DNA of 64,000 nucleotides from Saccostrea cucullata (GCF_032062105.1 NW_026932818.1:372001-436000); one strand, 5' to 3'; counted from the first letter of the stretch, positions 51,401 through 64,000 are shown. Numbers and translations: made by a program. Notes: a model not told the origin generated them from the sequence alone.

Positions 51401-54400
51401 TCAACAACAAGATTTAATAAAAAAAATACTCTTTAAAGAAAACATTTCGGCATGTCAGAGTACTAGTATCATTGAAGAGACATAATTTGTCGAAATGCAT
51501 ATCTGGTGCATCAAAAGTTGTACCGTATAAGATTTGCATCTTACCTTGTAATGGTTTCATGTTCTGGACTATTTCATGACCACATGTGAAAATACAAAAC
51601 GTTTGTAAATGCTCGGGTTTTGTAACATGATTAATTTATAAAATGTATTTTGGTGAAAATTATTGTAACACAATTAACTATTGATAGGAAATTAAACACT
51701 TACTGTTTACAATATGTATGAGGTGCATATGAAAATAATACTTACTATTATACCTATTTAAATCATGTTAGAAAACATCATGGAGCGATGTTTCCTAAGT
51801 CAGAAAATCACAATGTTGAATGTTGTAAGAAAAAAATATATCTGTGATGAGGAGTTATCTTTCTTCTAAATATTTCTTCAGGTGAAAAAAAGTCATTCTA
51901 ATTAAAATACTGTATTAAGTACTTGAAATATTAAACCATTTTTAAAATGGTACTTAAAAAGATACAACTTATTCTATTTATAAGGCATTTGATGTTGGAT
52001 TTAAATGTTTTATTGTTAAATATAATAAAACAATAACAAAGAAATTTGCGAAAGAAATAGAAAGTAATGTTTCCATCGTATTTTTCATCTCATCAAATTG
52101 ACTACTCAGAGGTCTCAGGAAACTGAATATGAAAACTTTGAGTAGTATTACTATTTTGTACTGTGAAAGTTATTTGTCTTATGAGAGGGTCGCTATCCCT
52201 TCAACAATTATGAAGGCATCCTAGCAATCGTGCAATAAAACGGTTGAAATTTTAAGTAAGTAAATTATTACTATATGACACTCCCCTTTCCAAAATAAAT
52301 AATTGAATAAACGTTGAATCAACTGTTTTTCAACATATAATCAACGTTGATTGTCAATGTTGATTCAATGTTAAGACTTCAACGTTGATACAAATTTTCA
52401 AAATCTAACATAAAATCAATGTTGAATCAACATAGAAAAACAACGTTGATTCAAAGTTTATTCAATGTTGTGTGCCTGCTGGGACTGTAGTATACCTGGT
52501 ATATCAAGACCTTGTCTTTTTAAGGCACCAAATATTGATTAACGAGATTTTTTATGCATTACCTTTTTTATGATTTATTAAGATCGGCGTAACTGAATAA
52601 TTTATTATCTATATTGTAAATAACAGAATATTTCTTCAGTTATAAAAATGTAAGAGTTCATTACCAATTCAGGATTGTAATGAAAATTTTTCTCTCACGC
52701 TGTAGGTTACTATCTGAATGGTTTACAAACTATAACGGTTCTGATCCAAATACAGAACTTTTTACTGCTGTCACTCTCAGAGATGGAGTACCTTTATATT
52801 TGCAGAGGTTTGTTAAAACGCGCGTTATTCAATTTGTTTGCACACACAGTTGCAGTTATGAGATTATATTTTCAAAAAATAATGATTTATTGCTATAATA
52901 TTGGCAACATAAGAATAAACAATATCTTGAAGTTTGATATCCAGTGTTTTATGTGACAGTGTCATAAAATAGCTCAACCCTAAAAATCTTCAAAATCATT
53001 TTCAGCTACGAAGAGGTTTTACGAAAAACTGGAATAAGTAATGAGGCATACAAGTATATACGTGACAACTCTATATTCAAATATGGTTTGGGAGATGACC
53101 AAAGCATTGAACGGTTTCCTCAAGCAAGACGAGGATTCGAAAAGAACACTACTCCCAATGGACTTCCACGGATGGTAACTATACCCACAGGACTTGGTTC
53201 ATATCCCATGGGATTTATGAGACGATTCCTGTCAAGGAACCCAAGAAGGTATTGTCAAAGATATATTTTCAGAAAAGATAAATTTTACAAATTTTGAGTA
53301 TTGTATTGAGTATTGGCCAATCTCAAAGTTTTTTTTCTATTTTCAATTCTGTTCGTTATCTCCATATGTTTCATTAAATGGTGAAAAAAAAAACAGTTCA
53401 AGAAAATATAGCTCAGTAATTTGAATGAACATACAAAAATAAGGCATTCATTCATCTAGTAAGGCTACGATGGGAAGGCATTTATACTCATAAATTAAAT
53501 GAGAAACCTTCATCTTCCACCCATCTATTTGACTGCTTCATGGAAAACGGGAGATTACCGGTATTTAGAAACAAAGTAGCTTCATACTTAATTGACGGAA
53601 AGACGTCTGTTTTGAACGCACAGAACAGAAATTACATGTATCTCGTTTATTATATGATGTAGATTTTTGTCTCTCCTAATTGTATTTAATCAGTAAACAT
53701 TCCAAAGATATAAGTATTCGACTTTGCCCTTCGAAGTATCATTTTGTCTTTTCAAGTCGATCATCGTATCAATATTCATTTTAATAATTTCAATTCCTGT
53801 TGTAGACACCGGTATCATCCAAACAGCCAACTAATTAAAATATCGAAAATAAAAAGAGGACTCTACCGATTGATGTTTAGAAGAACAAGAACTATCAACG
53901 GTAGAACTATTCCTACAAGTAGTTACTTCAGCGTGATTACTCGTAATGTTATACTAGCTTTACCAAAGATAGCTATACAGCGGATTCAGATGCCAAACTC
54001 CAACAATCCAGTTTTCCAGAAGGCACTAAATTCGGTGATTGATGTTCAAGCCTCCAAGATATTCCTTGTGTACGATTATCCTTGGTGGCTTAATGAGCGA
54101 TACAATTTCACGTTTACCCATTCAGATCTTCCATACCGACAGTCCTTCCATTGGGGTATATCTCGCACTGGCAAAGCAGTTTTTCTCATGTCGTATGCTG
54201 ACTTTGATGATGTCGCGTTCTGGAGTCATCTTCAACAAAGAGGAAACGTCATAAGCAAAAGAAATGATGATACCCGGGTAACGGACGAGGTTGTAAGACA
54301 CGCACATAGTCAGATTTCCAAAGTTTACAAGATAGACCGGAGACATCTCCCTGCTCCTGTGGATGGAATGATGTTTGCTTGGGACAAGTACCCGTACAAT

Positions 54401-54610
54401 GGTGGCTGGGTCTCTTGGAAACCCGGATCAAGATGGTACGACATTAAAAACTATCTGAGAGCGCCTTTGTCTGGAGACAATATATTTATTGTGCATGGTT
54501 ATTGGGGAGCAGAGCATAATGGTTGGGGGGAGAGCTCGTTGGAGGCGGCTGATGACGTATTAACTAGCTTTGGAGTTCCACCTTATCTTTATAACTTGGA
54601 TAAAAAATGA
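42443..54610 (+). CDS. LAAO copy B: intact secreted achacin/aplysianin/escapin-like L-amino-acid oxidase, 532 aa
   Basis: Exons 42443-42497, 50294-50687, 52706-52807, 53006-53248, 53806-54610 total 1599 nt, all GT-AG and in phase. Signal peptide MGFLLVSICFFLSLGQIKG; FAD-binding IIGAGIGG..E..RVGGRMYT; DFGAMR; ASKIFLVYDYPWW; SDLPYRQ; WVSWKPG; GWGESSL. AATAAA variants lie downstream. Confidence 0.92.
42527..46542 (+). mobile_element. Two nested non-autonomous Helentrons with ~470-bp internal tandem repeats, in intron 1 of LAAO B
   Basis: Two identical heads (attagggcttttcgacttttgtcgaaaagacctatt + (att)n at 42527 and 42594) and two identical tails (gtcgaaaagccctccgtttttgttgaacgacaaaaataaggtctagt ending 44129 and 46542). 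The marker tggggtcactttttgacccctt recurs at 43390, 43858, 44856, 45331, 45799 and 46267. The site is empty in copy C (~57925). Confidence 0.85.
47054..47996. mobile_element. Non-autonomous mariner element
   Basis: Imperfect TIR cgagggatgatcaaaaagctcgcgaac / gttcgtgaacgtttttctcaccccccg with TA TSD. Absent from the homologous intron of copy A (~24120). Confidence 0.75.
48250..48409. repeat. Near-perfect 160-bp palindrome (Crypton-like element hairpin)
   Basis: taaggaacaactgtcttattttt..atcaatcgattgggttgcttgataatt..tgcataaacgcc-ttc-ggcgtttatgca..aattatcaagcaacccaatcgattgat..aaaaataagatagttattcctta. Confidence 0.85.
50953..52483. mobile_element. Non-autonomous EnSpm/CACTA-type (CCCAG) element in intron 2 of LAAO B
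   Basis: TIR cccagcaggcacacaac / gttgtgtgcctgctggg, 2-bp TSD AC, subterminal aacgttgaatcaac repeat arrays at both ends. Confidence 0.8.
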
Positions 54611-55185
54611 ATTTCCTTGTTGCTTAGTTAAGGAAGACAAACATATTATGTAAACACAGTGTTTATCAAACGTTGTCAGTCAATTGTTTTCAGAAAAATT
54701 GAAAAATTACTGATAATTCTTGTAACAACAAGTCAACAATACATACATAGTTTTAATAATTATATATATTTTATAAATAACAATGCATTTATTGCTGTTT
54801 GAAAGCTGTATTATGAATCTCTCACTTTATTGCATACGTTTAATATACTTGTTCTCTCAGTCGGATTTAATATTATTACTTTGTTTATTGACAACATATT
54901 GTTATGGCTAATAAATCATTTCTTCAAACAATTTATTTTGCGTCATATTGTGATCCTGTTATGTCATGTCATTAGTGCCAGCGGTTCTTGTAGAAATCAG
55001 TAACTGCAAAACGTTATAGGGTTGGATTCTTATATATTCCACGGAGAAAAACTTTGAAGACTGTTGAATTAAAAGGTTCAATGTTTCAATGTTTTATAAC
55101 AATAACAAAATATAAATATATAGACAAGCACATTCATTTTACAACACAAAATGATCACAATTTGAACACATAAAATTTAAACCAT

Positions 55186-56473
55186 TAGGCCAATTTTTGT
55201 TTAATAAAATGGTTTACCGGAGTGCCGACTGCAATTTTAGCTAAAAACAAATAAAAATAAAAGTCCCTGTTGTTGATTTTATTTTTAAATTTCCCATCGA
55301 TCGTCAATGCATGTGCAGCAAAAAAAAAATAATAATAATAAAATTGTGTGCAAATAAGTCGGGAATTCTGATTGGCTGTTTCATTCAAAGCCTTAGTTAT
55401 CATCCAATCAATTTAAGTTTGTTATCAATATTTCGGAAGTGTATAAAACGTGTCAACATGGATGCATAAATGTCAAATTTCAATTAAGTTGAGAATACGT
55501 CGTCCTAATACACGTTAGTTTTTACAAGTCAACCATAGTGAACAGGAAATTCAATCACAGTACATCTGATGACGAAGTTAAGTTGGAATTAAAAAGAAAT
55601 TAAAGAAATAACTAGAGAATATGTTGACAGGACTGCCACTTTCGATGTGGGGTACCGTATACAGTAGTTCTCTTTTACAATTTTGAAACCTTTGATGAAA
55701 ATGATAGAAAAGTGGAAATAAAATATGGACGTCCGAATTTTGTGAAAAACAAAATTTGACCTATCTAACTTGCATGTATATCCATGAAACGTTTTAAAAC
55801 TTGTAACATCTTAAACAGATCATATGCAGCACTTTACATGTACAGACTGGACATTTGTATTAAGTATTTTGTTGTGTGTTAAACAGTTATAGAATAGATA
55901 AAAACATTGCAAACGAAATGGTTTTAATTTTAGATATGTCTATATTTTGAATATTCCTTTTAACTTAATCAAGCTTTAAAAATTTTATTAATTGCATAAA
56001 ACATGTGCTGCATTGTAAAATACAGGTTCAATTTCTGGTTCGCGATCGGGGTTTTTATCAGATTCTCTTTATGACAATATTTCCCATTTTTCATTTGTTG
56101 GTTCATGATTTTTACAGTACTTTGAACATAGTGATGTTCTCATTTAATAAAAACATCTTTCTTTGGTCATCTTGTTGTCATAATGAATATTTTGATAAGG
56201 AAATCCTTAGATTCCCCCATTCCTCCTAAGGGTTTAATAGTGTACTTTAATATTTGTGTTGTTGTTATCATATTTTAAGCCTCACACCATATCTATAGCA
56301 ATTCTTATCGAAGTATTGAAAATCAAAAAATCGTACACTTTTTCCATTTTTTTTAAAATTCTTTAAGTCAACTGCGGAGATTATGGAATGTTATATAATT
56401 TTTATTTATCCCTCCCCCCGACCAAATTAAAAAAAAATCCCGTAAACCATTTAATAAAAAAAATGTTGGCTTA
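55186..56473. mobile_element. hAT-like non-autonomous element
   Basis: Imperfect TIR taggccaatttttgtttaataaaatggtttac / gtaaaccatttaataaaaaaaatgttggctta. No TSD recognised. Confidence 0.5.
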
Positions 56474-57841
56474 CTTTACTTACTGGCATAACAAAGATCC
56501 CTCCCTGCTTGTTGGCTCTGAGTGCCGAGTAGACAAAAATTTGCAGCTCTCCACCGACAAGTGGTGGCGCCTCCATATGAAGGAAAAATTCTCGAAAAAT
56601 TCTCGAAAAGGGCGTTCAGCAAAAATACAATCAATCAACAAGTTCCCCCAATTTCCATTGGTTATTTTTATCTTCCCTTATCAATAGTTTTTTTGTTGCT
56701 TTCATTTGATAGAGAATCCATTCAAAAACTTCAAAACAACATCAATTATCTATTTTCATATAATTTGTTAATTATAATATTCAACAATCGTTTTTATGTA
56801 TTATTTTCCGTTTGCGTCATCTCACAGGGTAATGAGAACATCACAGGATTAAATGATCAGCGAAAGATTCATATCCCTTCATGGCACTTAATCCCCACCT
56901 TGATGTTTTTAACAGGTCAACATTTCCTATGCCTTTAATTGCATTGTTATAATGGAAAATTGAGCTTGATTTTTGATAATCCATCTTCATACTTCTGAGC
57001 TACTTTCTTCAGAACAGCACAATTAAGAACCCTTTCTGCACTGTGTACTTAATTGTTCTGATTCTATGGTCTTTTCAGCAGTTGGAGTGATCTGCCTTTA
57101 GATCTAAATTCTAATAAATTTAAACTTACAGTATAATACTCAATTTTTATTCAATTGATGTATTCTTAAGCCACCATAAATTAATTGGACATAGTATTTA
57201 CGTGTTCTTTCTCCATAGAAATAAATAACAATGATTTCTGTTCAAATAGACTTATGTTCAAACATTTTCCTAGGGGTAAATAACTCGTAACAAATATTGA
57301 AAATTATATTGATAAGCTCAATATTTACCCTTTTATTCAACATAAATATCCTAGAGTCCAAAAATCATTTATGTTTGTGTAAATTAAGAGGGTCCTTAAA
57401 AATGTTAAAGTAAAACAGTAACTGCAAAAAGTTTGCTTGCTGCTAAACATTGCATTTAATTATATCTGTGGTTTGGATGCACAGTGAATTTATTTGACGA
57501 GCTTTTATTTGATGAGCTCAGGAGTGCTAATGTGTCATTGTGTATAAAATGAAATGAATAAATGTTTATTTTGCTTAGCCTCGCTCCTTTTTATCGGGAC
57601 GATTAGAGCATATTAACATTGCAACCTACATTAGCAGAATGTATAATATATTGCGTGATTGAAATGTTTCATTTCTTGTAAAGTACTTCTCCGTAAGAAG
57701 AATGTATGGTTTTCCCAAGGATGCCAACAATACCTTATAAATATTTACGAGTTGACTTCTGTAGTATATATATATATATATATCTAAAAAGTAATTATTC
57801 TTTAAAGATTTTTTATTTGTTTCATGTACATGCAGAAAAAA

Positions 57842-60800
57842 ATGGAATTTATTTCAGTGAGCATATGCATTTTTCTCAGTCTAGGGCAAATTAAAGGTAA
57901 TCTTTCTTCTAATTTTAAACAGGTTGTATTACCTTTAACTTCTGTTATCATGAAAAGATATCTATTGCGTTAAAATCATGTTTTGAATGGCGCATCGCCA
58001 TTTGTAAAGCTTTCATGGACAATTTATAATTACACACGTTCAAGAAATATCGTAAGTATCGGAGTGAAGATAGAAAAAAATCGGTTAGAAAGAGATCAGT
58101 GCAATTTTTTCTTATTGCTTATTGGAAAAAAAGATAAACAGTTAAGTAAAAATTGAACAGCTTAATAATTAAGTAACCTGCGCACTTTCAATAAAATCTA
58201 TATACATGTAGTATTACTCTCTGTTAGCTCTATCAGTCATCTGATTCCTCAATGTGACGTGAGGATATAAAATAATTATTAATTGTACGGCCATTTTGAT
58301 GCACACTGTATTGTCGACGGTTTTTCCCATTATTTTCTGATCTTGACAAGGAGCACGAGGCGGTTATGACCTGTCTGCTGTAGATGCTTGCTCCTCTATT
58401 GCACCTGGTCCCAACTCTGATGCTTGGAGGTTCATGTTTGCAACGCTAAAATTTTGACTTGTTTAATGAACTTTTGAGCTTGGATACTATTCGTTATCAA
58501 CATATTGTTTAAATTTACTAAACACTAATCAATATGTTTAAAGCATTTGAAAATTAAATTCATTGAATTATCAAACGATTTATTGAAAACTTGAAGGAAG
58601 GAACATCATACGTTGTCATTCACATAATATGTAATAAGATTAATCCATATGTAATTCCTCAAAATATTTCTGCATTAGTTGATTTATAGATGACTGATAA
58701 GAAAATTTCTGACATTTTTTAAAGCTATATACACGAGAGTTGTCCGTTAAATTCGTGTACGAGCTAAAATGTGAAAAAAAAGCTTTGTGATTAATTTTTG
58801 TTATAACAACAAAACACCAATGGATTTCCTTAAAGGGTCGTCGTTTTCTGTTACATGATAGAAAATGCTTTATTGAGTTTGGGCATGACAGTTACCATTT
58901 CTTTTCGGAGTAGCAGCGTTAAAATATTTTTTTTCTTTTCAATGTAATTGCTGATTAATAAATTTCGTTAACAGTTGTAAAAAAAGTCTAAAATGATTTT
59001 TAATTAAATTCAATTTGTAATTATGATGTTAATGGGCGAGACAGTATAAATAAAACCGAGCTTCTGTGTTTCTCGCCAGTTGGATCCACAAAATTTTTCT
59101 TGTGAGAGTTGGCTGCTGTTTGTTATTTTGTTTATACTCCCTTTGTTGATAGCAGTCAGCAGTTTCGGGCATATTGTATATCTGTTTTTTTAAATTTATT
59201 GATGTCAATGAAGAGGGGGGAGGGGGGCAAATTGATCTGTACCTTGTGAAGATTACAGGTTTGAATTTGTATTCTTGTGTGGTTGAACCAAGGGTTCTTC
59301 CTTTGCAAGTCAGGTTACGATGCCATTTTGGTGCTGGGGATAGATTATGCAATAATTTGCATAAGCTTTGTTATATTCTATATTTGAGTCCCCTGTTCAT
59401 GATCCCATTTTTTTAAACTGTGTTTTACTTTTTTCATTTACTATTACTTTAACAAATGACATATTTCACTTCTACATGATGTTATTTCGTTTGCCTGCTG
59501 TAGAAAAAAACAAGCTTAGTCGTTCGACAGAGAACTAAGGAACATAAAAACTCTTTCCTAAGAGTTGGCTATAAATACTGTGTAGATCATATTTTGCATT
59601 ATCACCCTAGAGTTTAAAGTACCTAATACAAAAAATCATATAATATCCTTATTCTTCTGTTTCTAACATCATTTTCGGGACAACTGCACTTTTACGTCCA
59701 AATAACATGGAAATAGCACGTGCTCTTTCTCTATAAGAGAGTCACGCGTCAGCGTGACGATTTCGGTAAAAAGGCAATAAAATGCAAAAATAACCTATTT
59801 TTTGAATTCCTCGTCATTTTTCATGTTAATAAACTTCGTTTAATTAACGAAGTTATTAATTAAAACTAAAAGCACTTTCAAAACAAACCTTTGGCTTTCA
59901 TTTTGTCGGCCACATTCCAAAGTCGTGACGTTGTTAAGCACGTGACTTATTTCAGTGCTGTGATTGGTCAGGGTTGGTGACGTGAAATAGAAAGTTTGAC
60001 TTCCACTCTATATGATTGTAAACAGTGATTCAACATGCACCTTATTTACGATGATTTGTATTGTGCTTTCTATGAATGGATATTTTTAATTGACTGACTG
60101 CAGCATTGTAGAATTTTGGGAAATTTTAGCGATTAATGTGATCCTTAGTTTATGGAAATGTTGAATAAATGGAGGGGCAAAACTTGTAAACATGCAGTGA
60201 GGACGGTCTTGTTTCGAGAAACAGCAATCGGCAGTATAAGAAAAATGAAACGTAAGAGACGCATCTTAGATTTCTGGAAACAGAGCTGCAGTTAATCTAA
60301 CATACTCCTGGATTTACGAACTAAAAAATCTAGAGATTTCAATTTGCAAAACACTGGATACTTTACAACTATTGAGACCAGATGGAATGCAGTTATATAG
60401 GAAATCTCTACTAAAACAAGAATGCACTAGGATAGTAGATATAATTAAAAAATGACGTTTATCTCCTTCATCACCCATAAAAACGTATTTACAACTCGGC
60501 AAAAAAAGACACAATTGTTCTACATGTATGTATAGTGACACGTACGTATGGCTCCGAGTCTTAGCGCAGATTTATCTAACGACTAAGGTAAGTTTGTTTT
60601 ATTCATTTTTTTTTACGTATTAGGGGCTGCCGCCCCCACACCCCCGCTTAAAAAAGCGAAAACCCATTTAGATATCTTTTTTTTCTCGCTTCGAGAGTTT
60701 CTTACACAACTAAATGGCGTCGCCCATCATAGTTGATACGTTGCTAAGTTTTTACGCCGCGCACTCTCACGCGCGGATCTAGAATCAAAATGGCGGCCGT

Positions 60801-62139
60801 ACCGGTAAAGTGCATTCTATCCTCATTTTCTAAATCTTTTTTGTCAGTTTTCCTTTATTGATAATTGTTTTTGGTTTTTAAGGTGGACAAGTGGAGGATA
60901 TAACCATTATTGGGGGCGGTATCGGGGGTACATACACAGGATGGAGGCTCAGGAACAAAGGCCTCCGGGTAGGAATTTATGAATACTCAAATCGTGTCGG
61001 AGGCAGAATGTACACAAGAACTTTTCCAGATGCCCCCGATCTTCCAGTTGATTTTGGAGCTATGCGGTTAAGGCCTGCAGACCATTTAAGGATGATTAAA
61101 GCCGGTAGAGAATTAGAGTTAACATTCGTTCCTTTTGTTGAAGAAATGGGGCGGATTCCCGAACGAACCCACCTTTTCCTGCGTAACACTCACTTGTCTA
61201 TCCCTGAGTTAGGGACGTCAAGAACCCCCTACCGACTTAGACCAGAGGAAAGAAGAAATCCTAATGAATTAGAAAGGTGATTTTTGAAAAAAAAAAGTTG
61301 AAAGGAAGTTTAGAAAGCTTTGCATTAATTGCTATCGGATTTTTAAAACATTAACGAATTTTATGAAAATAAAACATATGAAAAAAGTATTCAAGACTCA
61401 AAAGGTTCATTAAAGATACAGAAGAGCAGAGCAGACACGGACCTACAAATTATCGGAGGTGCGATCAGGTGCCATGGAGGTGTGAGCATCACCTGCTGAC
61501 CGGTCACACCCGCCGTGTGCCCATTGTCATAATCTGGATAAAACAGGAAAATCCGTTGACAATGTAGTGTATAAATGATAGAATAACAATAATTATGAAA
61601 ATTGAAAAAAGTCAGTCAGCATTTCACTCAATGATAAATTATATTTGCCGAAAAGGTCATAGAAAAAAATTCATGTATCCCACTTTCATTAGTAGTGTTT
61701 GTAACATTTATTTATATATGCTCTAGCTATGTTAAACATGCTTAACAAAAACATTATATGGAATGATTATATTGCTGAATATATGAAACTTGATTAACGT
61801 CACACGTTTTTACAGAGTGTAACTGATATATCAAGACCTTGTCTGTTTTTAAGGCACCAAATATTGATTTACGATAATTTTTATGAATTAATTTTTTATG
61901 ACTTATGAAGATCAACAATATAACAGAATAATTAATTATCTATAAATAGAACAACAAACTGGTTTTCTTCAAAGTTATACAAAATTAACAGTTCATTAAC
62001 AATTCAAGATTTTATATCTTTTTTTCTCACGTTGTAGGTTACTTTCTGAATGGTTTACAAACTATAACGGTTCGGATCCAAATAGAGAACAGTTTATTGC
62101 TGTCACTCTCAGAGATGGAGTACCTTTATATTTGCAGAG
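57842..62139 (+). CDS. LAAO copy C, partial (exons 4-5 lie beyond the window)
   Basis: Exons 57842-57896 (MEFISVSICIFLSLGQIKG), 60883-61276 (394 nt) and 62038-62139 (102 nt), identical in size and phase to copies A and B. No lesion in the visible part. Confidence 0.9.
59677..60823. mobile_element. Unclassified DNA transposon with 7-8-bp TSD in intron 1 of LAAO C
   Basis: Imperfect TIR gggacaactgcactttt / gtaaagtgcattctatcct. (t)cattttc is duplicated on both sides. The empty site aacatcattttctgaacc is in copy B (~50231). Confidence 0.7.
61421..61660 (-). mobile_element. Penelope-like 3' UTR fragment in intron 2 of LAAO C
   Basis: gagcagagcagacacggacct..gatcaggtgccatggagg..gaccggtcacacccgccgtgtgc is nearly identical to 38132-38230. 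Confidence 0.8.
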
Positions 62140-62494
62140 GTTTGTTATGATGATTCATGCCTAAGCAATATGAAAATTTCCGTACCTAAATTTAGGGGGG
62201 AAAACTCACTAAAATCTGATATGATTATATGATTATGCATTATCTCTTATGTTCTAAGGAATTTTTTATTCATCTTTGCGGTGTATTTTAGCTCATCTGA
62301 GCCGAAAATCATCGAGCTTTATTGATCACATTTTGCCCGCTGTCTTTACATCCGTCTGTTATGGTAAAGTCAACCAAAATTGCAAATATGAAGGTTGAGG
62401 TTGATGAAGAAATTCGCATTTTTGACAAGCGACACATAAAATAATACAAAAATCATGGTGGGATAACATATATCCATCTAGGGGTATGGCGCTT

Positions 62495-63538
62495 CGCAGC
62501 ATTGTTAAGGCTTGAATAAGGGGGCGGGGCCTAATTTATACGGGAAAAGTTTACTGTGACGTCACACAAAAATATGACTTTTATGTATTTCTCATTGTAC
62601 CTGAAAATGAAATAGTTTGCAACTTTTAACTGTATTCGCATAATAAACAACAATAAAACTTATCAATGCATTTAAAAAACTTGCTAGTTAAGTCCCATGT
62701 AGCTGGTTATAGACAAAGCACTGATCGCGAAGAACTTGTAAACATGACGTCATTTTGGTAAAAATGACGTATTTCATGTGCTGTGAGAGGCAGATTGGGG
62801 AATTTTTTAACAATGAAAAATGTGATTTATTATTAAACGAAATATTATTTACAGGTTTTAAACAGTCGATTAATACCAATGCATATCCTTTGTTTAGTGC
62901 GATTATTAATTAATTATCAAGAGAATGTGTTTTATTATTTATGTCGTGTTTTTATGTACATGTTACGTATATTTTACATCGAGAAGCCTCATAAAATCGC
63001 ACTTTCGCAAGGGCATACACTTCATACATCTTAACCGTTTTTTGAATATAGATAAAGGATATTTTTCTTAACTTGAAAAGTGCTGCTGCTTTCTTTAAAT
63101 CGAGGGCGTGAACTTATAAGTACACAAAATATTTGGTAAAAGTCAAACATATTTCGACATTGGCTTATTTACCTGAAAATTTAACCATTAAAACGCGAAA
63201 TCTATTCAAAGCAGCAGCACTTTTCAGAAACTACAAAGTATGCAGATACACATAATAACTTCAATTTTTAATTTCAACTAGGGTATGCCCTTGCGATATT
63301 GAAATTTGTTCATGACCTACATTCAGTACACGAACTAGTCATTCATCACGTGACTGTCCATCAATGGGACCAAACTTCATACAGTAAAGAGTAGGTTATG
63401 CTATGCTATTTCCATAAGTATTTAAGTTCTGTGATAATAAAACAGCTTAATTAAAATAAATTCAGTTTTAAAAAGGTCCCCCTTTTTTGCACGTCTATTT
63501 TCCGTTGATTTCTCATAGTAGGCCTTAACAGTGCTGCG
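62495..63538. mobile_element. ~1-kb insertion bounded by 17-bp inverted repeats in intron 3 of LAAO C
   Basis: cgcagcattgttaaggc / gccttaacagtgctgcg, with internal nested inverted pairs tcgcaagggcatac / gtatgcccttgcga and gaaaagtgctgctgctt / aagcagcagcacttttc. Confidence 0.6.
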
Positions 63539-64000
63539 TTGCTGTGAGATCATGAGGCCCTTGTTTGATTCTCATTTGCCGCGCTGCATAAAATGTAAAC
63601 ATTGGAATTGATTGTCCTATGTCATGCGCTCAGTACATGGTAAATACACAAGTACTTTTTCGGTCCATTGGAGGTCACAGAATACGTTGGCAAGAGCCCT
63701 CATTGAGAACACTCGATGACTATGATTACCAACGAAGGCTCTAAATTTGCAGTCTTAACCAGAATACAATGACCTTGAAAAATATCGAATAAAACAATCA
63801 ATCAATTACTCAGTACAAGTATTTACATTAAATATTCAATACAAGTATTTACATTAAACATGTATTTTCCATATATAGTGTGTGGAAATTTAAAACATTC
63901 AAAAAACAGAAACATGGAAACAGGGAGAAAAAATGAAAGATTACGTTTTATTTTTACGTAACATACGTTGAATGCAGTGAAGGTGAAATGTCATAAGCGA

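Noticed and set aside
53744-53805. N-terminal part of the 288-aa ORF (SCCRH)
   Set aside because: Intronic. The true exon starts at 53806 after tgtag, so those cysteines are not in the protein.

Overview
AT-rich, intron-containing animal genomic DNA, most likely from an oyster or related bivalve (inferred from the gene and repeat families; no database was consulted). One 164-N gap lies at 28544-28707. The left end carries a minus-strand polypeptide N-acetylgalactosaminyltransferase (GALNT) gene. Ten coding exons (635 codons) reconstruct with consistent phases, and the gene runs off the window. Its largest intron hides an antisense EGF-like pseudogene. The rest of the window is a tandem array of three secreted achacin/aplysianin/escapin-type L-amino-acid oxidase (LAAO) genes on the + strand. 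Copy A has a 4-bp frameshift and an extra orphan signal-peptide exon upstream, copy B is intact (532 aa), and copy C is cut by the window end. Between and inside the genes is a dense set of mobile elements: a near-intact DD34E Tc1, a decayed AcademX, a decayed DIRS/Ngaro tyrosine-recombinase retroelement, about ten Naiad-type Penelope-like 3' fragments sharing a covarying RNA structure, self-nested Helentrons with ~470-bp internal repeats, SINEs, MITEs and long GAA-triloop hairpins. No prokaryotic systems, CRISPR arrays, rRNA or intact tRNA genes were found.
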